From NCBI GenBank assembly GCA_965215365.1, contig CBDCDS010000003.1:1088001-1152000 (forward strand): a DNA stretch of 64,000 nucleotides. The letters are read 5' to 3'. The position numbers and the translations under genes were made by a program. Positions 32,131 to 44,100 of the stretch are shown here, piece by piece. The DNA is from Gammaproteobacteria bacterium (GTDB taxonomy: Bacteria; Pseudomonadota; Gammaproteobacteria; Eutrophobiales; Eutrophobiaceae). Under the pieces are notes generated by a model. The model saw nothing but the letters and a program-made list of their open reading frames with translations. It had not been told where the DNA came from and made no database searches. Numbering within the stretch: position 1 is the first letter of the stretch; each line of letters opens with the position of its first letter.

Positions 32131-32864
32131 ACCATGACAAAAAACAACGGCGCTTCAGCGTCACCCTGGGCTTGTGGATCATCAAGCGCATAGAGCGCGC
32201 TTTGATCAGGTATTCCCGGGTCCCCGACACGCCGTTCCTGGCGCCGGATGAATTTCCCTGGGTGGCAGCGCTGGAAGCCGCATGGAAGCCGATACGCGCG
32301 GAACTGCAACAATTGCTGGAAGCCCCCGAGCGCATTCCCAATTTCCAGGACATCTCGCGCGACCAGATAAACCTCAGCAGGGACGACAAATGGAAGTCTT
32401 ACTTCCTCTATGGCTATGGCTACAAGATGGAAAATAACTGCCGCGCCTGCCCGCAAACAACGCGTATCATCGAGTCCATACCGGGTATGTTCACCGCCTT
32501 TTTTTCGGTGCTGGCGCCCGGTAAACACATCCCCGTACACCGCGGCCCCTATCGGGGGCTGCTGCGCTGCCACCTGGCGTTGCTGGTGCCTGAACCGCGC
32601 CAGGATTGCTGGATAGAAGTGGGCGGCGCGACCGCCACCTGGGAAGAGGGCCGCTGTATCGTATTCGATGATACCTATCCGCACCGGGTGGAAAACAATA
32701 CCGAGGCCCGGCGCGTGGTGTTATTCCTGGACATCAAACGGCCATTGAACTTCCCCGGCGCGCTGCTCAATCGTATCGTCCTGTTCCTGATCCGCCACTC
32801 GCCGTACATACAGGATGCCCGCCGCAACCAGATAGCCTGGGAGAAACGCCTAGATTGCGTTTGA
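32127..32864 (+). CDS. Aspartyl/asparaginyl beta-hydroxylase-domain Fe/2OG dioxygenase (LpxO-like)
   Basis: CP.T, FFSVLAPGKHIPVHRGP, LRCHLAL, FDDTYPH, RVVLFLD; GTGA overlap. Confidence 0.88.
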   Translation: MNHDKKQRRFSVTLGLWIIKRIERALIRYSRVPDTPFLAPDEFPWVAALEAAWKPIRAELQQLLEAPERIPNFQDISRDQINLSRDDKWKSYFLYGYGYKMENNCRACPQTTRIIESIPGMFTAFFSVLAPGKHIPVHRGPYRGLLRCHLALLVPEPRQDCWIEVGGATATWEEGRCIVFDDTYPHRVENNTEARRVVLFLDIKRPLNFPGALLNRIVLFLIRHSPYIQDARRNQIAWEKRLDCV

Positions 32865-32886
32865 GGCCTTGAGTATTGTCCGCAAT

Positions 32887-33840
32887 TCATCTGCGCGTTA
32901 ACCCGGCTGCGAATTGCAGGGCTGTTGTCGCCAGCTCAACTCTGTTCTGCAAGGAACGCATGACCGTATTGGCAACCCTTACCTCAATGCCCGACTTCTC
33001 AATGGCCAGCGCTTCGTGAGCGTCGATGTTGTCGATGACGAGACCGTTCAGAAAGTCACGGTAGTAGCCGGCGAGCGCCAGGTTGGTTGCCGGCAGGTGC
33101 AGTTCTGCCATGATCTTCGCGGCCGGGCCTTTCAGAGCCTTGCCGCCGACGATGGGAGAGACGGCGATGACCGGCGCCCGTGTCGATTGCAGGCCGGCGC
33201 GTACTCCCGGCAGCGACAGGATCGGGTCGATACTCAGAAACGGGTTGGACGGGCACAGGATCACCGCGTGCGGAGCGTCGTGGCTCAGCAACTCGGCAAA
33301 GTCCGGGTGCGGACGCGCCGTGTCGGCGCCGGCATAGCGCAGCGCCCGCACCCGCGGGCGGCAAGCCAGACGCACGAAGTAATCCTGAAACGGCAGCTCG
33401 CCCTGGTCGGTGCAGACAATCGTCTGCACCGGGTCATCACTCATGGGTACGAGCCGCTGCACAACCCCGAAGGAAGTGCACAGTGACTGCATGACTGCGG
33501 TCAGGCCCAGGCCCCGTTGCAGCCCCCAGGTGCGGTAGCTGTGGGTGGCGAGGTCCTGGTCGCCCAGGTTGAACCAGTCCGGTCCGCCTAGGCGGGACAG
33601 CGCGCGCATGAAGTTCCAGGTCTCGCCGGCCAGACCCCAGCCCCGTTCCGGGTCGGCTACCCCGGCCAGCGTGTACATGACGGTATCCAGGTCGGGCGAG
33701 ATATGCAGGCCCAGATGCCGGAAGTCATCGCCGGTGTTGACCACCGTCAACAGTTCAGCCGGTTGCAGTAGCCGGCTGAGGCCAAGCACCAGCTTGGCGC
33801 CACCGACGCCACCGCACAGAGCAAGGATGCGGGTTGTCAT
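32887..33840 (-). CDS. cofD: 2-phospho-L-lactate transferase (F420 biosynthesis)
   Basis: [55 protein letters not shown]. Confidence 0.95.
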   Translation of the reverse strand: MTTRILALCGGVGGAKLVLGLSRLLQPAELLTVVNTGDDFRHLGLHISPDLDTVMYTLAGVADPERGWGLAGETWNFMRALSRLGGPDWFNLGDQDLATHSYRTWGLQRGLGLTAVMQSLCTSFGVVQRLVPMSDDPVQTIVCTDQGELPFQDYFVRLACRPRVRALRYAGADTARPHPDFAELLSHDAPHAVILCPSNPFLSIDPILSLPGVRAGLQSTRAPVIAVSPIVGGKALKGPAAKIMAELHLPATNLALAGYYRDFLNGLVIDNIDAHEALAIEKSGIEVRVANTVMRSLQNRVELATTALQFAAGLTRR

Positions 33841-33916
33841 GGGCTGCGTGTCAGTCAGGAACGGATTTCAAGGCTGCCCCAAGTCCACCACAGAGCCGGG
33901 GTCGTCAGGGTTACCA

Positions 33917-34693
33917 TTACCTGAACAAGTCTTTGACCGGGTCTCTTATCAGAGCCGACGCGTTACTGGCAGGACCATCCAAATCCAGGCCCTTGACCAG
34001 CGCCGCGGGAATGCCCTGCGCCGCTTGTCCCATCACCAGCGAGGCTGCGGCGGCAATCTCGTCGGCGATACCCACCTCGGTCACCCGCAACGGATTGCCG
34101 TGCCGGTCCTGGGCGCCGCGCAGATCCAGCAGGCAGGGCAGGCCGGCAGCGCCGATGGCAATGCCGGTGACGCCGTTGCGCCAGGCGCGTCCGGCGCTGT
34201 CGTTGATGATGACGCCTAGATTGACGCCCAGACTTCGTGACAAACGGGTTTGCAGCTGCGCGGCGCTGGCATCGGGGTCTTGCGGCAGCAGCAGTACCCG
34301 TTCCGAACGGTTGTTACGGGGGATATTTGAATGATCGATACCGGCATTGGCATGAATAAATCCCAGTTTGTGCTCCACGATCAAGACATGCTGCCGATAC
34401 CTGACCACACGCTTGGACTGGGACAGGATCAGCTCGACCAGACGCGCGTCCTTGCCTGTTGCCGCGGCCAGTTGCAAGGCTTGTGCCGAAGGCGTTACCA
34501 TAGCCAGATGCACGTACCGGTTCTCCGCCTTGGACACGATCTTCTGGGCGATCACCACAATATCGCCGGCACTGACAGAGTGCGCTTGCAGACACGCCGT
34601 CAACAGCGCCGCCAGATCATCACCCGGCATGACCTCAGGTATGCCGGGTAGCGGCAGCAGCTGTATTCCGGCACCAGACTTTTTACTGTTCAT
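33917..34693 (-). CDS. cofE: Coenzyme F420:L-glutamate ligase
   Basis: [52 protein letters not shown]. Confidence 0.95.
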   Translation of the reverse strand: MNSKKSGAGIQLLPLPGIPEVMPGDDLAALLTACLQAHSVSAGDIVVIAQKIVSKAENRYVHLAMVTPSAQALQLAAATGKDARLVELILSQSKRVVRYRQHVLIVEHKLGFIHANAGIDHSNIPRNNRSERVLLLPQDPDASAAQLQTRLSRSLGVNLGVIINDSAGRAWRNGVTGIAIGAAGLPCLLDLRGAQDRHGNPLRVTEVGIADEIAAAASLVMGQAAQGIPAALVKGLDLDGPASNASALIRDPVKDLFR

Positions 34694-34729
34694 AGGGTTA
34701 TAATACCTTGTCAAACGATAGCAGGTTAA

Positions 34730-34978
34730 AGGTCACCTCTCACAAACATGAGGTGACCGAGCAGCACAGGGATGTGCTGCTCGGGGCCAGCTACGCTGTC
34801 CAAATTCGTTCCGGACGAATTTGTGCACAGCCACAGGCTGCCTGCAGGCAGCACCAAGACCCGCGAAGGCGCATCAAGCGTAGTGGGTTATGGGGAAAGA
34901 GCAGCAATATTATCATAACTTATTGAGAGCAATGATGTTTCACAAGGCAACAAGCGACTTGGTGAGAGCTGCGGGTTA
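34730..34978 (-). mobile_element. Composite of a family B mini-palindrome, a REP-like hairpin and a reverse-oriented MITE A half
   Basis: AGGTCACCTCTCACAAACATGAGGTGACC; CAAATTCGTTCCGGACGAATTTG; GGCGCATCAAGCG...GACTTGGTGAGAGCTGCGGGTTA ending 3 nt before gltX. Confidence 0.8.
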
Positions 34979-34981
34979 GCC

Positions 34982-36421
34982 ATGAACAGCAACAAAATTG
35001 TCACCCGCTTCGCCCCCAGTCCCACCGGTTTCCTGCATGTCGGTGGTATTCGCACGGCGCTGTTTTCCTGGTTGTATGCCCGCCGCCACGACGGGGAGTT
35101 CCTGCTGAGAATAGAAGACACCGACCGTGAACGCAGCACCGATGCGGCTCTGCAAGTTATCCTGGAGGGCATGAACTGGCTGGGGCTGACCCATGACCGG
35201 GACCTCGTATATCAGTCGCAGCGCACACAACTGTACCAGGATGCGATACAGCGATTGCTGGAGCTGGACCGGGCCTATTATTGTTTTTGCAGCAAGGAAG
35301 AAATCGACGCCATGCGCGCAGAGGCCCTGAGCAAGGGCGAGAAACCCCGTTATAACGGCAAGTACCGCGACCTGGGCCGCCAGCCTGTGGCCGGTGAGAC
35401 ACCCGTAGTACGTTTCAAAAATCCCCTGCACGGCGAGGTGGTCATCGACGACCTTATCCAGGGCCGGGTGATGATCAGCAACCGGGAACTGGATGATTTA
35501 ATCATCGCCCGCGCCGACGGGTCACCGACCTACAACCTGACCGTGGTAGTGGACGATGCCGAGATGGGCATCACTCACGTCGTGCGCGGGGACGATCATC
35601 TCAATAATACGCCCCGTCAGATGAATATCTTCAACGCGTTGGGCTTTGCGGCGCCGAACTACGCCCATATCCCCCTGATCCTGGACCCGCAAGGCAAAAA
35701 ACTGTCCAAACGCCACGGCGCCGCCAGCGTGTTGGAATACCGTGAGCAGGGCTACCTGCCGGAGGCCTTGCTGAACTATCTGGCGCGCCTGGGCTGGTCC
35801 CATGGCGACCAGGAACTATTCAATGTGGACGAATTGATTGCACTGTTTGACCTGGGCCGGGTGAACAAAGCCGCCGCCGCGCTGAACCCCGACAAGCTGG
35901 CCTGGCTGAACCAGCATTATCTCAAAGATAGCAAGGCCGAACGGATTGCCGGCCTGCTGGAAGAAAAACTGGTCGGACTCGGCGTTGACGTAAGCGGGCC
36001 GCCTGCTCTCAGGGAGGTGGCCCGGATACAGCAAGAGCGTGTGAAGACTGTTGTGGAAATGGCTGAACAAAGCCGGTTTTTCTACCAGGAGTTCGCCGAG
36101 TATGAGCCAACGGCTGCAAAAAAACACCTGCGTCCGGTGGCGCTGGAGCCGTTGCGGCAGGCGCGCGCGGCATTGGCCGGACTGGAAACCTGGGGGCGGG
36201 AGGCGCTGCATCGGACTGTTGACAATGTTGCACAGCAGCTGGATATCAAATTCGGCAAAATCGCCCAACCATTGCGAGTGGCAGTCACCGGCAGCGCCGT
36301 CTCCCCCGCCATCGACGTCACCCTGGAGTTGCTGGGCCGGAACCGGACTCTGTCCCGCCTAGCGCGCGCGCTGGCATGGATTCAGAAGCGGAGCGATGCA
36401 TCCGGATTTGACAGTCAATAA
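34982..36421 (+). CDS. gltX: Glutamate--tRNA ligase
   Basis: TRFAPSPTGFLHVGG, RIEDTD, RGDDH, KLSKR. Confidence 0.98.
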   Translation: MNSNKIVTRFAPSPTGFLHVGGIRTALFSWLYARRHDGEFLLRIEDTDRERSTDAALQVILEGMNWLGLTHDRDLVYQSQRTQLYQDAIQRLLELDRAYYCFCSKEEIDAMRAEALSKGEKPRYNGKYRDLGRQPVAGETPVVRFKNPLHGEVVIDDLIQGRVMISNRELDDLIIARADGSPTYNLTVVVDDAEMGITHVVRGDDHLNNTPRQMNIFNALGFAAPNYAHIPLILDPQGKKLSKRHGAASVLEYREQGYLPEALLNYLARLGWSHGDQELFNVDELIALFDLGRVNKAAAALNPDKLAWLNQHYLKDSKAERIAGLLEEKLVGLGVDVSGPPALREVARIQQERVKTVVEMAEQSRFFYQEFAEYEPTAAKKHLRPVALEPLRQARAALAGLETWGREALHRTVDNVAQQLDIKFGKIAQPLRVAVTGSAVSPAIDVTLELLGRNRTLSRLARALAWIQKRSDASGFDSQ

Positions 36422-36444
36422 TGCCTGGTCTATACTGCGCCCGC
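36408..36444 (+). promoter_or_regulatory. Stable-RNA sigma70 promoter
   Basis: TTGACA (36408), 17 nt, TATACT (36431), followed by GCGCCCGC discriminator. Confidence 0.85.
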
Positions 36445-36468
36445 ACGTTAGCCGGTCAGTGTGCTCGA

Positions 36469-36511
36469 GAGAACCTCTGAAAATGCCCTCCGTGGCATTT
36501 TCAGGGATGCC
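36469..36511. repeat. Family B palindrome in the tRNA leader
   Basis: GAACCTCTGAAAATGCCCTCCGTGGCATTTTCAGGGATGCC. Confidence 0.75.
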
Positions 36512-36528
36512 TTGGAACTGTTCAGTGC

Positions 36529-36604
<76 letters not shown>

Positions 36605-36617
36605 GAGTTTTCCACCT

Positions 36618-36693
36618 GTCCCCTTCGTCTAGAGGCCCAGGACATCGCCCTTTCACGGCGGCAACAGGGGTTCGACTCCCCTAGGGGACGCCA
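36618..36693 (+). tRNA. tRNA-Glu(TTC)
   Basis: GTCCCCTTCGTCTAGAGG..TCGCC-CT-TTC-AC-GGCGG..GGTTCGACTCC..GGGGACGCCA. Confidence 0.97.
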
Positions 36694-36787
36694 TTTAAGG
36701 CAAAGACAGCCGAAGCGTCATGGCTTTGGCTGTCCTGGCAGCCTGCTAGAGAGGCAGTAATTGGGATTAGCCCGCGCGAAAAAGAGC

Positions 36788-38344
<1,557 letters not shown>

Positions 38345-38345
38345 A

Positions 38346-39497
38346 GTGGATTCGATGCATATAATGAAGTTCAGAGATTTTATAACTCTTCAAAGAGGGT
38401 TTGATCTTCCAAAGAAGATGCGACGGAATGGTATTTTCCCTGTGGTTGCATCAGCATCAGTTCAAGGATTTCATGATGAATACAAGGTGCAAACTCCTGG
38501 CGTTGTGACTGGACGAAGCGGATCACTTGGACATGTTCTCTTTATCGAGCAACCGTTTTGGCCGCTGAATACCACGCTCTGGGTTAAAGATTTTAAGCAC
38601 AATAATCCACGATACGTATGCTATCACTTACAAACCCTTCGTCTTGAACGCTACAACTCTGGGGCGGGTGTGCCCACGCTCAACCGAAATCATCTTAATG
38701 AAATTGAAGTGGGGGTTCATGTCATCGAATCCCAACAAAAAATCGCCGCCATCCTCTCCGCCTATGACGACCTGATCGAGAACAACCTGCGGCGCATCAA
38801 GATACTGGAGGAGATGGCCCAGAACCTCTACCGCGAGTGGTTCGTCAAGTTCCGCTTTCCCGGCCATGAACAGGTGCGCATGGTCGACTCTCCACTGGGG
38901 AAGATTCCGGAGGGGTGGGAGGTTAGAAGACTATCTGAAGTCTGCAATCTGGTGATGGGTCAATCCCCAAAATCTGAATTTTACAATGACGTAGGTGAAG
39001 GTTTGCCTTTCCATCAGGGTGTAACAGACTTTCGTGACAGATTTCCGATCACACGACTTTACTGCACCGTTCAAAACAGGTTAGCGGAAGCTGGAGATAT
39101 TCTCTTCTCAGTACGCGCACCGGTGGGCCGCATCAATATTGCACCGACACAAATGATTATCGGTCGTGGCTTAAGTGCTATTCAGCATTCCGCTGGATAT
39201 CAGTGGTTTGCATTTCACTTGCTTAAGGAGAAATTCAAAGAAGAAGATTCAATAGGGGGAGGTACGATATTCAAAGCAGTAACAAAAGCAGATATGCAGG
39301 GCATAGAGCTTCTTTCCGCTGATGATGAAACTCATAGACGGTTCGAGGAGATCGCTTCACCGATTGAGAGCCAAATTAAGAATATGACAAAAAAGAATGA
39401 AACCCTCCGCCAAACCCGCGACCTCCTCCTCCCCAAACTCATCTCCGGTGAATTGGATGTATCGAAACTCGACATCGACATCAGAGAGGCGGCATGA
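38346..39497 (+). CDS. hsdS: Type I R-M specificity subunit
   Basis: Two TRDs separated by [18 protein letters not shown]...; C-terminal [11 protein letters not shown]. Confidence 0.95.
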   Translation: MDSMHIMKFRDFITLQRGFDLPKKMRRNGIFPVVASASVQGFHDEYKVQTPGVVTGRSGSLGHVLFIEQPFWPLNTTLWVKDFKHNNPRYVCYHLQTLRLERYNSGAGVPTLNRNHLNEIEVGVHVIESQQKIAAILSAYDDLIENNLRRIKILEEMAQNLYREWFVKFRFPGHEQVRMVDSPLGKIPEGWEVRRLSEVCNLVMGQSPKSEFYNDVGEGLPFHQGVTDFRDRFPITRLYCTVQNRLAEAGDILFSVRAPVGRINIAPTQMIIGRGLSAIQHSAGYQWFAFHLLKEKFKEEDSIGGGTIFKAVTKADMQGIELLSADDETHRRFEEIASPIESQIKNMTKKNETLRQTRDLLLPKLISGELDVSKLDIDIREAA

Positions 39498-40648
39498 GCG
39501 CCCGGGTTCCGGTCAATCCCGATTTGCTCCACTGGGCACTGGAACGCGCCGGCGCGAGCACTGAAGCGTTCGCGGAAAAGTTTCCGAAACTGAACGACTG
39601 GCTGGGGGGCGAGCTTGCGCCCACTTACAAGCAACTGGAAGCCTTTGCCAGGGCGACCCATACCGCCATCGGTCTGCTGTTTCTGCCGCAACCACCCGAA
39701 GAGCCATTGCCGATACCAGACTTTCGCACGCTGCCCGAGACGCGGTTGTCCCGCCCGAGCGCCAATCTTTTGGATATGATCTACCTCTGCCAGCAGCGCC
39801 AGGCCTGGTATCGGGACTATCAACGCTTGCAAGGCGAGGCGGCGGTTACTTTTGTCCGTTCCGCCTCGGTGGCGGATCAGGTGCCCGGGGTGGCGGCCGG
39901 AATCGCCCAAGCCATTGGTTTCGACCTTGCCGAGCGACAACAGTCGCCGAACTGGTCCGAAGCGCTGCGTCGCTTCATCTCCCGCGTCGAACAGGCCGGG
40001 ATCTTGGTCATGGTCAGCGGCGTGGTGGGCAGCAATACCCGTCGCCCCTTGAATGTGGAGGAGTTTCGCGGTTTTGCCCTAGCTGATCCCCTTGCGCCGC
40101 TAATCTTCATCAACGGCAGGGATTCCAAGACGGCGCAGATGTTCACCCTGGCCCATGAACTGGCCCATCTGTGGCTGGGAGAGAGCGGCGTCTCCAATGT
40201 CCAGGCCGCGACCCGGCCGGATGAGCGAATCGAGCGCTGGTGCAACGCGGTGGCGGCGGAATTGCTGGTTCCGCTTGAACAGCTTCGCCCGAATTACGCT
40301 CCGGAAAATGAGCTGCATGAAGAAATGCAGCGCCTCGCCCGCCGATTCAAGGTCAGCACGCTGGTCATCGTCCGCCGCTTGTTCGATCTGGGGGTGTTCG
40401 ACCAAGAGACGCTGTGGGCGACCTATCGCGCGGAGCTTGAGCGCGTCAAGGCGCTGTCCGCCAGAGAGGGCGGTGGCGGTGATTTCTACAACACGCTGTC
40501 TGCCAGAACCGGAAAGCGGTTTGTAAAAGCGCTTGTAGCCAGCACGCTGGAGGGGCAAACCCAGTTTACCGATGCGTTCAGGATGCTGGGTATCAGGAAA
40601 ACCGCCACTTTCTACGAGGAGGCCCGGCGTTTGGGATTGCACGGATGA
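39494..40648 (+). CDS. HTH + ImmA/IrrE-family Zn metallopeptidase
   Basis: N-terminal HTH-like region ([10 protein letters not shown]), [17 protein letters not shown] (HExxH), E..CN.VAAELL. Confidence 0.9.
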   Translation: MSARVPVNPDLLHWALERAGASTEAFAEKFPKLNDWLGGELAPTYKQLEAFARATHTAIGLLFLPQPPEEPLPIPDFRTLPETRLSRPSANLLDMIYLCQQRQAWYRDYQRLQGEAAVTFVRSASVADQVPGVAAGIAQAIGFDLAERQQSPNWSEALRRFISRVEQAGILVMVSGVVGSNTRRPLNVEEFRGFALADPLAPLIFINGRDSKTAQMFTLAHELAHLWLGESGVSNVQAATRPDERIERWCNAVAAELLVPLEQLRPNYAPENELHEEMQRLARRFKVSTLVIVRRLFDLGVFDQETLWATYRAELERVKALSAREGGGGDFYNTLSARTGKRFVKALVASTLEGQTQFTDAFRMLGIRKTATFYEEARRLGLHG

Positions 40649-41139
40649 AATACTTGCTGGACGCCAACGTCTTCATGGCGGCGAACAATCTTCACTATGG
40701 CCTGGATTTCTGTCCCGCGTTCTGGGACTGGCTGATCGCGGGCAATGCGCAACGGAAGGTGTTCAGTATCGAGAAAGTGGGAGATGAAATCTCGGCTGGT
40801 GGCGATGCTTTGACCGGGTGGGCTGAAGGGCCCGGTAAACATCTGTTTCGCAAGCCGGACCCGGAAGCCCTGAAAAGTATGGCTCAGGTCAGCCAGTGGG
40901 TGACGGAAAACGACTATACCCCCGCGGCGGTGAACACCTTCTTGCAGGTGGCGGACTACTGGCTGGTGTCCCACGCGCTGGCGCATGGTTTGGTGGTGGT
41001 CACCCACGAGAAACCCGCGGATACGCGCAACAAGGTGAAAATCCCCAATGTTTGTGTAGGGCTGGGCGTGAAGGTGATGACGCCGTTCGAAATGCTGCGC
41101 CATGAGCGGGCGCGTTTTGTCTTGGGTGGCGCGGCGTAA
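40645..41139 (+). CDS. PIN-like protein (DUF4411-type)
   Basis: YLLDANVF, FCPAFWDWL, ADYWLV, VVTHE, KIPNVC; ATGA overlap. Confidence 0.85.
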   Translation: MKYLLDANVFMAANNLHYGLDFCPAFWDWLIAGNAQRKVFSIEKVGDEISAGGDALTGWAEGPGKHLFRKPDPEALKSMAQVSQWVTENDYTPAAVNTFLQVADYWLVSHALAHGLVVVTHEKPADTRNKVKIPNVCVGLGVKVMTPFEMLRHERARFVLGGAA

Positions 41140-41165
41140 CGCTCCGGGAATAGAAGGAAAAACCG

Positions 41166-44100
41166 ATGTCCGACTACTCCGAAGACGCGCTGGTCGAACA
41201 GCCCGCCATCGCCCTGTTCGCGGCGATGGGATGGGAGACGGCCAATGGTTTCCATGAATTTGATCAGACGGGTGGCAGTACCTTGGGGCGGGAGACGAAA
41301 TCCGAGGTGGTGCTTGGAGGGCGGTTGCGGTCGGCGCTGCAGCGGCTGAATCCCGGTTTGCCGGCGGACGCTTTCGACCAGGCCATCGAGGAGTTGGTCC
41401 GCGACCGCAGCGCCATGGCCCCGGTGCGGGCCAACCGAGAAATCCATCTGCTGCTGAAGAACGGCGCGCGGGTAAAGATTTCCGACCCTGACGGCACGGG
41501 CGAGACGGTGGAGTCGGTCAGGCTGATCGACTGGAACACACCGACCAACAACGATTTCCTGCTGGTCAGCCAGTTCTGGGTGACCGGGGAGATGTACACC
41601 CGGCGGGCCGACCTGGTGGGCTTCGTCAATGGCATTCCGCTGGTGTTCATCGAGCTGAAGGCGGCCCATGCCCGGCTGGAGACGGCTTACACCGGCAATC
41701 TGAGCGACTACAAGAACGCCATTCCCCAGCTCTTTTGGTACAACGCCCTGATCATGCTCTCCAACGGCAGCGAAAGCCGCATCGGCAGCATGACCGCAAA
41801 CTGGGAGCACTTCGTCGAGTGGAAGAAGATCAACCGCGAGGGCGAGGAGGGGGTGGTCTCGCTGGAAACCATGATCCGGGGTGCCTGCGACAAGGCGCGG
41901 CTGCTGGACCTGGTGGAGAACTTCACCCTGTTCATGGAGGTGCAAGGTGGCCCCATCAAACTGTTGGGCAAGAATCACCAGTACCTGGGGGTGAACAACG
42001 CCATCGAGGCACTGCGGGACATCGAGCGCCGCGCTGGCCGGCTGGGCGTATTCTGGCATACCCAGGGCAGCGGCAAGAGCGTATCGATGATCTGTTTCGC
42101 GCAGAAGGTACTGCGCAAGATCCCCGGCAACTGGACCTTCGTCATCATTACCGACCGGCAGGAGCTGGATCAGCAGATCTACAAGAGCTTCGCGGCAAGC
42201 GGAGCGGTGACCGAGCAAGAAGCGCGAGCCACTTCCAGCCATCATCTGCGTCAGCTTTTGACGGAAGATCACCGCTATGTCTTCACCCTCATCCACAAGT
42301 TCCGTACCGAGCGGGGCGAGCGGCATCCGGTGTTGTCGGAGCGCGCCGACATCATCGTTATCACCGACGAGGCGCATCGCAGCCAGTACGACACCCTAGC
42401 ACTGAATATGCGCACTGCCCTGCCCAACGCCTCTTTTATCGCCTTCACCGGTACGCCGCTGATCATCGGCGAGGAGAAAACGCGGGAGGTCTTCGGCAAC
42501 TATGTGAGCGTGTACGACTTCCGCCAGTCGGTGGAGGATGGCGCGACCGTTCCGCTCTACTACGAAAACCGCATCCCCGAATTGCAGCTTACCAACGAAA
42601 ATCTCAACGAGGACATGGAGCGCCTGCTGGAAGAGGCGGAGCTGGATGAGGAGCAGGAGAAGAAGCTGGAACGGGAATTCGCCCGTCAGTACCACCTGAT
42701 CACGCGCGAGGAGCGGCTGGAGACCATCGCCGGCGACCTGGTGAGCCATTTCATCGGGCGCGGGTTCCGCGGCAAGGCGATGGTGATCAGCATCGACAAA
42801 GCCACGGCAGTGCGCATGTACGACAGAGTGAAGGCGCACTGGACGGTGGAAATATCGCGCCTGATGGACGAGATGGCCAAGACGGTGGGCGACGAGCAGC
42901 GTCAAGTCATCAAGGAGCGGCTTCAGTTCATGGAATCTACCGATATGGCGGTGGTGGTCTCCCCGTCACAGAACGAGATCGAGGAGATGCAAGCCAGGGG
43001 GCTGGACATCGCGCCGCACCGCAAGCGCATGGTCAGCGAAGACCTGGAGACCCGGTTCAAGGACCCGGCCGATCCCTTCCGCATCGTCTTCGTCTGCGCC
43101 ATGTGGCTGACCGGCTTTGATGCGCCTTCCTGCTCCACGCTCTACCTAGACAAGCCAATGCGCAACCACACCTTGATGCAGACCATCGCGCGGGCCAACC
43201 GGGTGTTCAAGGAAAAAGTCAACGGCCTTATCGTCGATTACGTCGGGGTGTTCCGCAACCTGGAAAAGGCACTGGCGATCTATGGGACTGAGCGTGGCGC
43301 CGGCGGCGATTCTCCGGTCAAGGACAAGGCGGCGCTGGTCGCCTTGTTGCGGCAGTCGATTGCCGAGACGGAGAGGTTCTGCGCGGGAATGGGGGTCGAT
43401 CCGGGCGCCATCGAGGCAGCCAGCGATTTCGGGAAAATCAAGCTGTTGGATGACGCGGTGGAGGCCCTGATTGCCAATGACGACAGCAAAAAGCGGTATC
43501 TGGCGCAGGCCGCGACGGTCCGCAGACTCTACAAGGCCATATTGCCGGATAGCGAGGCCGAGGCGTTCGCCGCGCGGTGCCAGTTGGTTAGCGTGCTGGC
43601 GAAAAAGATTCGTGCACTTACTCCTCCGGCAGACATCTCCGAGGTGATGAATCAGGTAGAGGAACTGCTGGATACGTCCATTGCCGCCGAGGGTTATATG
43701 ATTCGGCAAACGCCTGCGACCTATGGGGCGGCGGGTGGTGCTGAGGGGCATTGGGTCGATCTCGCGCAGATAGACTTCGAGGCCTTGAAGGAGCGGTTCA
43801 CCAACGGCAGGAAGCGCACGGAGGCGGAAAAGCTCAAGGGCCAGGTGCACAGCAAATTGAAGCGGATGCTGCGCCTCAACCGCACCCGCATGGACTATCT
43901 GGAGCGGTTCCAGAAGATGATCGACGAATACAACGCCGGAAGCCTGAACATCGACGAGTTTTTCCGGCGCTTGCTGACTTTCGCTGAAAACCTGAACGAG
44001 GAGCAGCAGCGCAGTGTCGCGGAGCAACTATCGGAAGAAGAGCTGGCGTTGTTCGACATCCTGACCAGGCCCCGGCTTGATCTTTCCGACAAGGAGATCA

